Shown here: positions 9,594-16,942 of the stretch, one piece after another | How positions within the stretch are numbered: the stretch's first letter is position 1 | How the letters are laid out: the number at the start of each line of letters is the position of its first letter | Origin: an archaeon | GTDB taxonomy: Archaea; Asgardarchaeota; Thorarchaeia; Thorarchaeales; Thorarchaeaceae | Direction of reading: 5' to 3' | Length of the DNA stretch: 32,000 nt | Assembly: GCA_024275415.1 (NCBI GenBank) | Contig: JAJRZD010000064.1 | Coordinates: 1-32,000 of the forward strand | Notes under the pieces: model-generated | Told to the model about the DNA's origin: nothing | The model's input: the letters and a program-made list of their open reading frames with translations, nothing else | Database searches by the model: none | Translations under genes and position numbers: made by a program

Positions 9594-9896
9594 CTACAGA
9601 TTGATAGGCGATGGTTCGGATTGCGATAATTCGGTCTTGGAGCAGTCCCCCGATATGCGTATCACGGCACATTCGTACCGTTGGTAGCAGAATGTAAAAA
9701 TCTTGCCAATCGTATCAACAGGCATGTTAGTCATCCATGAAATCATCGAGCCTTCACGGTACGGATACATAGGAGTGCTTTGGGTAATGCACTTCCAGTA
9801 AATATGTAATTCAATAGTATTACTTGCAAGTGTTGTGATCAAAGTTGACTTGAAATTTGGACGATCTAAGATATTCCGACAACGAAAGAATATCAC
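9594..9896 (-). CDS. Possible small hypothetical protein
   Basis: 100-aa ORF with a GTG start, co-oriented with its neighbours. No recognisable motif. Confidence 0.3.
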   Translation of the reverse strand: MIFFRCRNILDRPNFKSTLITTLASNTIELHIYWKCITQSTPMYPYREGSMISWMTNMPVDTIGKIFTFCYQRYECAVIRISGDCSKTELSQSEPSPINL

Positions 9897-9915
9897 TCTG
9901 ATGTGTTAATATGTG

Positions 9916-9929
9916 TATTACAAGTATTA
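9916..9929. repeat. TAWTAC-N2-GTAWTA palindrome, copy 4
   Basis: TATTAC-AA-GTATTA. It includes the TAA stop (9927..9929) of the minus-strand gene. Confidence 0.75.
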
Positions 9930-10505
9930 TTCGTCCGGATTGTGCTGTCTTTTTCTGGCTAAATCGGATTTAAGGTTTAGAGGCGATGTTAATTCATGGA
10001 GTGCATCAAGAACCATCTGCTCAGCAGCCTTGTAGCTTTCTAGATCTTCCGCACTGAGATTTTCCCTACCGGACAAAACTTCTCGAATGCTTCGATATCC
10101 TCTAATCTTCGTTGACAACTCTTCAAACGGACGGAAAATTGAGTAATCAAATAGCTCAAGATATGAAAGAAGAAGCATAGTATAAAGACAACGGACAATA
10201 TTACGCCTCGATTGAGATAGGGTACGATTGAAAGCACCACGCGACACCCCCAAGGATCTACTAGAGGTTTTCGATCTCAGAGTTGCTTTACTTTCATATG
10301 AGATGTGACTTCCTAGCTGATCCTCAATTACAAGGTCGATAAGGAGTGTCTCTAACTGGACTTCAGTAAGATTGGATCTCTCAAGAAGAGCTCGTAGAAT
10401 AGGTTCTTGTAGGGCCCGCTTTGCATATTGCATAGCAGACTTCAAATCAGTTCGTGGAAGTTCATCATCTTTAGGATTCAAACTGACTAACCAACCTTTG
10501 TACAT
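9927..10505 (-). CDS. Conserved archaeal hypothetical protein with probable helix-turn-helix
   Basis: SNLTEVQLETLL...YESKATLR...GVSRGAFNRTLSQSRRNI resembles an HTH-containing archaeal family. Recognised from memory, not by search. Confidence 0.75.
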   Translation of the reverse strand: MYKGWLVSLNPKDDELPRTDLKSAMQYAKRALQEPILRALLERSNLTEVQLETLLIDLVIEDQLGSHISYESKATLRSKTSSRSLGVSRGAFNRTLSQSRRNIVRCLYTMLLLSYLELFDYSIFRPFEELSTKIRGYRSIREVLSGRENLSAEDLESYKAAEQMVLDALHELTSPLNLKSDLARKRQHNPDE

Positions 10506-10624
10506 GTGTGCGAAATCAGCGGTTTATCGCCTTCTAGGGCATTCTGGCAGTAGTTTCACAATGTGTCCTGTGCGGATACACTTTTGTATACACGGATAAC
10601 AGCGAGTTATGAGCTTTATGGATA

Positions 10625-10638
10625 TAATACACGTAATA
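10625..10638. repeat. TAWTAC-N2-GTAWTA palindrome, copy 5
   Basis: TAATAC-AC-GTAATA, 4 bp past the stop of ORF 10643..11062. Confidence 0.75.
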
Positions 10639-10642
10639 CAAA

Positions 10643-11062
10643 CTAAGAGGGAATTGTCCATTCATCCTCTATCGACAGCTTGACGAATCCTAGAATCAGA
10701 TTACCTCGAATCTCTTCAAATTTATATACGCCAAAAATGAATCGTTCTGTCCCTGATGTCCATTCCATCCGAGATTGATTCGCAAGATAATGAAAGAGAT
10801 TCCTACAGTATTTGCGAATAGTGGTAAATAGTGTCCTGAATTTCCGCCGTTGGGACGGGCGAATGCCCCAACGGTTCAATATAAACCGATTAGCCAGACT
10901 ATTGCTTGATATGAGGACGGTTCTCTTCTTCTGACTTGCCATGCTTGACTCAACGAGCATCTCCCGCAAGCAGGTAGGGATATTGCCCGCAACGGAGGGA
11001 GTAACGACCGGATCAATATAGAAATCTCTTTTCTGTTCCACTGTCGACCTCAAGGTAATCAA
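10643..11062 (-). CDS. Hypothetical basic protein
   Basis: 139-aa ORF with plausible composition. No family recognised. Confidence 0.65.
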   Translation of the reverse strand: MITLRSTVEQKRDFYIDPVVTPSVAGNIPTCLREMLVESSMASQKKRTVLISSNSLANRFILNRWGIRPSQRRKFRTLFTTIRKYCRNLFHYLANQSRMEWTSGTERFIFGVYKFEEIRGNLILGFVKLSIEDEWTIPS

Positions 11063-11199
11063 CCTCTAGTCCAAGATGTGGGAATATAAAGCCCTACATA
11101 AATCGTAATACAAGTAGTACTGGTATTAGGTCTGTATGATACCATGTCAGTGAATTAATAACTCGTGTCATTGCAGTGCTAAGATGAGGTCTTCCACAA

Positions 11200-13569
11200 T
11201 TGATTCGGAGTGCAAAGATCCATATCAACGGAATTGTACAGGGGGTTGGATTTAGACCTTTTGTATATAGAGTTGCTAGAACTCTTTCATTGAAAGGAAC
11301 CGTGCTGAACCTAGGCGATGCTGGAGTGCGGATAATTGTAGAAGGTGAAAAAAGAACAATCGAAACGTTTTTGGAAATTCTAAGGAATCGTCCTCCCTCT
11401 ATTTCCCGAATTGATTCAATGGTTGTGGAATGGAGTGAATATAGTGGCCGGTACTCTGAATTTCTTATTGAAAAATCACAAGTTGTACGAAGTGATAGTG
11501 CTGAACCTGTGATACCTCCAGATATCGCAATCTGTGATGATTGTATAAAGGACTTGTTTGAAAACGGATCTAGATGGAAAGGATATCCTTTCACATCCTG
11601 TGCAGCATGTGGCCCTAGGTTTTCAACAATTCTAAAACTGCCTTACGATAGGCCCAACACCACAATGAACGATTTCCCTCTCTGTAGTACATGTAATACA
11701 GGTTATACAGACCCTCTAGACCGTAGATACCATGCACAGACTACCGCATGCGGATTATGTGGCCCCAAGTACAGCTTTAAAGACAATAACGGAAACACAG
11801 TCACATCTGAAAGACCAATACGCGAAACTGCAAAACTACTTCGGGATGGAAAGATAGTCGCAATCCAAGGCATTTCAGGAACACATCTCGTGGTCATTAC
11901 TTCACAGTCCGATCCGCTATTCGAACTGAGAAAAAGGAAAAATCGTCATCAACGACCACTTGCTATAATGATGCGGTCAACCGAGGCACTCGTGGATTGC
12001 TTCGATGTGACAAGCGAAGAATACAGTCTTCTTACTTCGTGGCGTAGGCCAATCGTTCTCGTGAAAAAAAGGACCAGTCCGAATCGAAAGGGAGATGTAT
12101 TACCTGTAATACATGATACGGTGCTTGAAATGCTCGCACCAGGTCTCGACACAGTGGGAGTGATGTTGCCATACGCGCCAGTACATCACTTGCTCTTTCA
12201 GAATCTTGACGAACTGGCGTTGGTGATGACAAGTGCAAATCCGACAGGTATTCCAATGTATGTGGAGCCAAGTGAGATACAGAGTTCCCTAGTTGGGATT
12301 GCCGATTACTACCTAATACATAATAGGAAAATCCAACAACGTGCGGATGATTCGGTAGTAAAATTCATTGGTGATAATTCAGCTCTCTTCATTAGAAGGG
12401 CTAGAGGATATACTCCTGAGCCTATTCCTATTAGGAGAAATGGCAACAAGTGCACCGTCCTTGGGTTGGGGCCAGAAGAAAAGGTGATGGGAGCTATCCT
12501 CAAGTCAGGAAACATATACCCTACTCAATACATCGGAAATGTAACAAACGTCGAAAACATCAGATTCCTAGAAAATGCATATCATCATCTTTCACAACTA
12601 ATTGGTGCAGAGCAAATAGATGCAATTGCTTGTGATCTACATCCTGAGTTCTTCACTAGTACTCATGCAGAATCGATCTCAAGTGAATGGGAGATCCCAT
12701 TATTCAGGGTGCAACACCACCACGCTCATATGTCTTCGCTCATCGCCGACCACAAATTACCCATTGATACAAGTATTGTTTGTATTACAGCTGATGGGTA
12801 TGGTTATGGGCTAGGTGGAATCGGGTGGGGTGGAGAAGTCCTTATGGGAAGCTGTGCAAACTTTGTGAACAAAGCTGGACTACACACATATATACATCCT
12901 GGCGGGGATCTGTCTGCCGAATTTGGATCAAGACCTCTAATTGGCATCCTTAAAGATCGTATTGAAGAAGACAGGTTACTATCTCTATTAGACGGACTTC
13001 CGATTTCTAAGAACGCAAGATTAGATGAACATACCCTTAACATACTACTTCGATCGATTGACAAAAAAGTCAATACGATAATGACTTCAAGTGCAGGAAG
13101 ATATCTTGATGCTGTCGCAGCGATTCTTGGAATTTGTGATAGGAATACTTACGATGGCGAAAGTCCGATGAAACTTGAGGCTGTTGCAAGGCGCACAGAG
13201 ATCAAAATTGAGCCATGTTTCATACAGACAAAAGGAAGACATGTAATGGATCTATCTGATTCTATCCAAAAGATAATAGATCTAAAAGAACGAAGAGTTT
13301 CAACAGAAGAAATAGCATATGCAGCCCAGTGGGGTCTCGGCAATGGACTCGCAACCTTGGCAGCTGAAATAGCAGAAGAAAGTGATGTCTCATACATCGG
13401 TTTCTCGGGCGGGGTTGCTTTAAACCGCATAATTACCAAAGCGGTAGTATCAACAATAGAAGCATATTCCAAAACACCTCTAATTCATAGTCGGGTGCCT
13501 CCAGGAGACGGAGGTGTTTCTGTCGGTCAGGTAATGGTTAGCGCTGCGCTACTCGAACGAAAGCAGTAA
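11200..13569 (+). CDS. hypF: [NiFe]-hydrogenase maturation carbamoyltransferase HypF
   Basis: Acylphosphatase domain GIVQGVGFRPFVY, zinc fingers (CDDC/CAAC, CSTC/CGLC), TSAN, QHHHAH, PPGDGGVSVGQ. TTG start after GAGGT. Confidence 0.97.
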   Translation: MIRSAKIHINGIVQGVGFRPFVYRVARTLSLKGTVLNLGDAGVRIIVEGEKRTIETFLEILRNRPPSISRIDSMVVEWSEYSGRYSEFLIEKSQVVRSDSAEPVIPPDIAICDDCIKDLFENGSRWKGYPFTSCAACGPRFSTILKLPYDRPNTTMNDFPLCSTCNTGYTDPLDRRYHAQTTACGLCGPKYSFKDNNGNTVTSERPIRETAKLLRDGKIVAIQGISGTHLVVITSQSDPLFELRKRKNRHQRPLAIMMRSTEALVDCFDVTSEEYSLLTSWRRPIVLVKKRTSPNRKGDVLPVIHDTVLEMLAPGLDTVGVMLPYAPVHHLLFQNLDELALVMTSANPTGIPMYVEPSEIQSSLVGIADYYLIHNRKIQQRADDSVVKFIGDNSALFIRRARGYTPEPIPIRRNGNKCTVLGLGPEEKVMGAILKSGNIYPTQYIGNVTNVENIRFLENAYHHLSQLIGAEQIDAIACDLHPEFFTSTHAESISSEWEIPLFRVQHHHAHMSSLIADHKLPIDTSIVCITADGYGYGLGGIGWGGEVLMGSCANFVNKAGLHTYIHPGGDLSAEFGSRPLIGILKDRIEEDRLLSLLDGLPISKNARLDEHTLNILLRSIDKKVNTIMTSSAGRYLDAVAAILGICDRNTYDGESPMKLEAVARRTEIKIEPCFIQTKGRHVMDLSDSIQKIIDLKERRVSTEEIAYAAQWGLGNGLATLAAEIAEESDVSYIGFSGGVALNRIITKAVVSTIEAYSKTPLIHSRVPPGDGGVSVGQVMVSAALLERKQ
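12095..12114. repeat. TAWTAC-N2-GTAWTA palindrome, copy 6 (extended, intragenic)
   Basis: ATGTATTAC-CT-GTAATACAT inside hypF. Confidence 0.65.
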
Positions 13570-13590
13570 TGTAATACAGGTATTACATTA
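13567..13590. repeat. TAWTAC-N2-GTAWTA palindrome, copy 7 (extended to 24 bp)
   Basis: TAATGTAATAC-AG-GTATTACATTA. Its two ends are the stop codons of convergent hypF and iorB. Confidence 0.8.
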
Positions 13591-14217
13591 TAGTGAATCA
13601 GAAATCGCTTGATAGCCGAGTTCAAATGCTTTCGTATTCACGTCTACAAACTTGCTAGGAAATGTAGTCTGCACAACATGTAATGCGGTTTCTTTCTTAA
13701 TAGGAACAATCCCACTTGCTAGTATTGCACCCAGCATTACAATATTCATAGATAGGCTATTTCCAGCGTTATTGGCCAGTTCTATTGCGTTGAATTCAAT
13801 GATTTTCGCTGTGTGCATAGTCAAGGCATCATGGATTTCCTCTTTCGAGGGATACTCTGCCTTACCCATAGAAACTACAACTGGATATTGAACATGGGAA
13901 TTCATGATGACTAAACCTCCTTTCGATATCAGGTGGATCTCCCTCAGTGTTTCAACAGGCTCAAAACCTACTACCAAGTGAGCAGTGCCAGGATCAATTA
14001 TAGGACCCTTTGCATTCTCGCCAATACGCACAGTACATACAACATGACCACCACGTTGAGCCATCCCATGGATTTCTCCAACACGCACATTATGGGAATC
14101 TTCCAATGCACTCTTTGCCAGTATCTCTGCGAGTGTAAGAACTCCTTGGCCTCCAACACCGGTAATAGCTATGTTAATCACAGTTGTATTACGTGTATTA
14201 CTAGTCATGAGATTCAT
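13588..14217 (-). CDS. iorB: Indolepyruvate:ferredoxin oxidoreductase beta subunit
   Basis: ITGVGGQGVL, EIHGMAQRGGHV, NIVMLGA motifs. ATG at 14217 overlaps the iorA stop (ATGA). Confidence 0.93.
   Translation of the reverse strand: MNLMTSNTRNTTVINIAITGVGGQGVLTLAEILAKSALEDSHNVRVGEIHGMAQRGGHVVCTVRIGENAKGPIIDPGTAHLVVGFEPVETLREIHLISKGGLVIMNSHVQYPVVVSMGKAEYPSKEEIHDALTMHTAKIIEFNAIELANNAGNSLSMNIVMLGAILASGIVPIKKETALHVVQTTFPSKFVDVNTKAFELGYQAISDSL
14187..14200. repeat. TAWTAC-N2-GTAWTA palindrome, copy 8 (intragenic)
   Basis: TATTAC-GT-GTATTA in the N-terminal coding region of iorB. Confidence 0.6.
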
Positions 14218-16103
14218 TCCTCCTGTTTGATAGCACCTTGTGGACAAACTGCAACACAAGTTCCACAATAATTACACAGTGGCTCATCAATCACTGCTTT
14301 ATCTGTCACACTATCAAGATACATCGCTGGGCAGGACAACCGATTCAGGCATCGTTTGCAAGCTGTACACATATCAGAGTCGACATAGAACCTAGGGGGA
14401 TACTCTCCAGTCTTCCTCATCTCCGCAGCAGTAAGAAGTGCACATGGTGCTTTTGAAACTAATACAGCTGGTTCATGGTTTTCACGAACCCATTTGACCA
14501 TCTCCCGTACTTCACGTACTAATCCGGCAAGCGAGTCGAAAGGATTGATCGTTTTCACATACTTCACACCTAATCCCTTAGCTACATCCTCTACATCAAG
14601 GGGTTCCACCTGCTCTTGCATCCCCGTGATTCCTGTCCCGGGATGGGGCTGATGTCCAGTCATAGCGGTCGTACGGTTATCCAAAACTACAAGGCTGACG
14701 GGATGTTTGTTGTATACGGCGTTGACAAGCCCTGGAAGAACTGAGGCAAAAAAAGTGCTATCACCGACCGATGCCACAATATCCTGTCCCGTGACTTGAG
14801 CAATCCCACATGCAGTTGAGATCGAAGAGCCCATGTCAAAGAGAATATCTGCTGTTTCCAAAGGCGGTGCGATGCTAAGTGTGTAACATCCGATATCCGA
14901 GGGATAGATGGCTTTCCCGCGTGTAGCAGTTCTAATTGCAAAATAACTTGCCCTGTGGGGACAGCCCGCACAGAGTAATGGAGGTCGTGGCGGGAGGTCA
15001 GCCATATCCTTCATGCGCGAGTCGATTTCATCCCAATTGATACATGTATTACAGTCAGCAATCTTACACAGGGCCTCAATTACTATACGCGGACTGTATT
15101 CCATCGTCCTCGAGAAGTAACCCTGCTCTTTGCCGAGGATGTCGACCTCAACTCGGTGAAGTTGGGCGAGGCGGCGAGCGTGGGTTTCGAGATACGGTTC
15201 GAGCTCTTCCACAACAACCACTCGTTCATGCATCCTGAGAAAATCAGTTAGCTTCTGTTCAGGTAGCGGATGAGTGATACCAAGCTTGAGGATTTCAGCA
15301 TTCATCCCAAGATGGTCAAGAGCTTCGACGACATAAGTATAAGCGACACCACTCGTGATAATCCCTAAATCGCCTGTGCCCTCTATAAAGTTTAAGTGGC
15401 TAGTTTCAGAGATTTCTCGTGCTTTCGCTATTTGGCCGAGAAGCCAAGGATGTCGTAGTCGTGCTACTGAAGGTACTGGGACAAATCGATAGGGTTCTTT
15501 TTCAAATTCTACTTGTGCAGGGCGTTCACGGATCTCGTGGAACCGAACGGGTGCCCTAGTATGGTTCACCCGAGTCGTTGTGCGAAATAATACCGGAAGT
15601 TCTACTTTCTCTGAAAACTCATAAGCCTCTAACAACATTGATTTCGCCTCTGCTGGATCGGATGGTTCCATAAGTGGCATATTACCCATTAGAGCATAAT
15701 ATCGACTATCATTCTCGTTCTGGGAACTCCACATGCTTGGGTCGTCAGCCACCACAATCACCATCCCCCCACGCACACCCACATATGCTAGAGAGAAAAA
15801 AGGATCTGCTGCCACATTCAAACCAGGGCCCTTGCATACCATCATTGATCGGACTCCTGCAACCGCAGCCGCTCCAGCTACCTCTAATGCAACTTTCTCA
15901 TTTGTGCTGAACTCGAAATAGAAATTCGGAATGTGTGGAGCCATGAAAGTAAGATTATTCCCAATCTCACTGCTTGGAGTTCCTGGATAAAGTGCAACTA
16001 ATCGTACACCAGCCTCAAGAACACCTCTCGCTATCGCTTCGTTCGCTAACAGAAGTAAAGTCTTACCAGGTGCATCTTCAAGTAGTTCTTTTGGTTTTGT
16101 CAC
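14214..16103 (-). CDS. iorA: Indolepyruvate:ferredoxin oxidoreductase alpha subunit
   Basis: YPGTPSSEI, NEKVALE, PPLLCAGCPHR, TPP motif GDSTFF...LDNRTTAMTGHQ, and a C-terminal two-cluster ferredoxin domain (CTACKRC, CNYCGTCVAVCP). GTG start after AGGAGG. Confidence 0.96.
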   Translation of the reverse strand: MTKPKELLEDAPGKTLLLLANEAIARGVLEAGVRLVALYPGTPSSEIGNNLTFMAPHIPNFYFEFSTNEKVALEVAGAAAVAGVRSMMVCKGPGLNVAADPFFSLAYVGVRGGMVIVVADDPSMWSSQNENDSRYYALMGNMPLMEPSDPAEAKSMLLEAYEFSEKVELPVLFRTTTRVNHTRAPVRFHEIRERPAQVEFEKEPYRFVPVPSVARLRHPWLLGQIAKAREISETSHLNFIEGTGDLGIITSGVAYTYVVEALDHLGMNAEILKLGITHPLPEQKLTDFLRMHERVVVVEELEPYLETHARRLAQLHRVEVDILGKEQGYFSRTMEYSPRIVIEALCKIADCNTCINWDEIDSRMKDMADLPPRPPLLCAGCPHRASYFAIRTATRGKAIYPSDIGCYTLSIAPPLETADILFDMGSSISTACGIAQVTGQDIVASVGDSTFFASVLPGLVNAVYNKHPVSLVVLDNRTTAMTGHQPHPGTGITGMQEQVEPLDVEDVAKGLGVKYVKTINPFDSLAGLVREVREMVKWVRENHEPAVLVSKAPCALLTAAEMRKTGEYPPRFYVDSDMCTACKRCLNRLSCPAMYLDSVTDKAVIDEPLCNYCGTCVAVCPQGAIKQEE

Positions 16104-16207
16104 AGAAGATCCTCCTTAACACCATAGAATTGGCTGTGCAGTCGAACCAAGTTTCGTCTATCAGTCTTATGGTAGTACAGAGCCTGTATTACATGTATCA
16201 CGCACTA

Positions 16208-16225
16208 TTAGAACACATGTTCCAA
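16208..16225. promoter_or_regulatory. 18-bp palindrome WTAGAACACRTGTTCYAA, copy 1
   Basis: TTAGAACACATGTTCCAA. Confidence 0.7.
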
Positions 16226-16300
16226 CAAACAATCATACAAAACAAGACGTAGCGTTAAACAAGATCAACACAACAAAAACAGAAAATGTGGAAAGACAAG

Positions 16301-16322
16301 ACCCCTCTATTTCCTATGGAAC
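16301..16322 (-). promoter_or_regulatory. Origin recognition box (ORB)-like element
   Basis: The minus strand reads GTTCCATAGGAAATAGAGGGGT, a TTCC-N3-GGAA dyad plus G-string as in archaeal ORBs. Confidence 0.75.
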
Positions 16323-16433
16323 TGTATGAATATTGCTTGTAGCAATGACAACTGTATGTATGTATGAAAAATGGAGATAAATGCAATTTGTCAATCTTAT
16401 ATATATAATTTTCTTTTTCTGTTTTTTTTTGAT
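16323..16433. other. AT-rich core (candidate duplex-unwinding element)
   Basis: 16397..16430 is 31/34 A+T. It lies between ORB-like boxes and includes a (TGTA)3 run. Confidence 0.6.
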
Positions 16434-16463
16434 ACCCCATTATTTCCATTGGAAGCAAGGGGG
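16434..16463. promoter_or_regulatory. ORB-like element readable in both orientations
   Basis: Plus strand TTTCCATTGGAAGCAAGGGGG (16443..16463). Minus strand CTTCCAATGGAAATAATGGGGT (16455..16434). Confidence 0.75.
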
Positions 16464-16506
16464 ATTAGTGGTTTCTTCTAGTAACCATCCGAATCCATTA
16501 GCGTTG

Positions 16507-16524
16507 TTAGAACACGTGTTCTAA
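16507..16524. promoter_or_regulatory. 18-bp palindrome, copy 2 (perfect)
   Basis: TTAGAACACGTGTTCTAA. It overlaps the stop codon of the small ORF. Confidence 0.75.
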
Positions 16525-16814
16525 TAGGTGATTTCATCTACAATTTCAAAAACCCGAAGATGCATGATATCGGAATATTCGCTGAATAAAGTGTCAAAGA
16601 CCGATTTGTATTCACTCGGGACAATAATAGCCGAATCAACCACGATCTCAGAGCCTAGACACTCCTCGATCAAACCTGGCTTTCGTTTCTGCCTAATCCC
16701 TGATTTGGTCTTCCACGTATATGTAAATCCATATAGCTCCTTAGTGAACGAAACACGTCTTGCATTAGTCCTGCGAGCTTGTCGAAAATCGTATAGGAAT
16801 AGAAATTTGGCCAA
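16521..16814 (-). CDS. Small hypothetical protein, possibly Cas2/VapD-like ferredoxin fold
   Basis: TTG start at 16814 with GGTGA 5 nt upstream gives MAKFLFLYDFRQ...FTKELYGF...DSAIIVP...LRVFEIV. The start and fold are inferred. Confidence 0.6.
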   Translation of the reverse strand: MAKFLFLYDFRQARRTNARRVSFTKELYGFTYTWKTKSGIRQKRKPGLIEECLGSEIVVDSAIIVPSEYKSVFDTLFSEYSDIMHLRVFEIVDEITY

Positions 16815-16828
16815 GCATATCACCAGCA

Positions 16829-16846
16829 ATAGAACACATGTTCCAA
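16829..16846. promoter_or_regulatory. 18-bp palindrome, copy 3
   Basis: ATAGAACACATGTTCCAA, identical to copy 1 over 17 bp. Confidence 0.7.
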
Positions 16847-16870
16847 ATTTCATTATATGTAATACACCAT

Positions 16871-16884
16871 GTTCCAATGGAAAG
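16871..16884. promoter_or_regulatory. ORB core dyad without G-string (mini-ORB-like)
   Basis: GTTCCAATGGAAAG in the divergent region upstream of the LKR gene. Confidence 0.4.
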
Positions 16885-16942
16885 CTTAAAGCGTGGATAC
16901 AAATGCCCTGACCTACCCCTTCGAGTTTCAGGAGGCACTCCT

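Noticed and set aside
11094-11594. 166-aa minus-strand ORF
   Set aside because: It is an antisense shadow of hypF.
11200-13569. hypF without neighbouring hydrogenase genes
   Set aside because: Dispersed hyp genes are common in archaea.
16208-16846. CRISPR array or integron attC interpretation of the repeats near the Cas2-like ORF
   Set aside because: The repeats are ~300 bp apart rather than separated by 30-40-bp spacers, there are no cas genes or integrase, and the GTTRRRY core is not matched.
16528-16911. 127-aa plus-strand ORF
   Set aside because: It is antisense to the better-supported minus-strand ORF, which has an RBS and a motif-like N-terminus.
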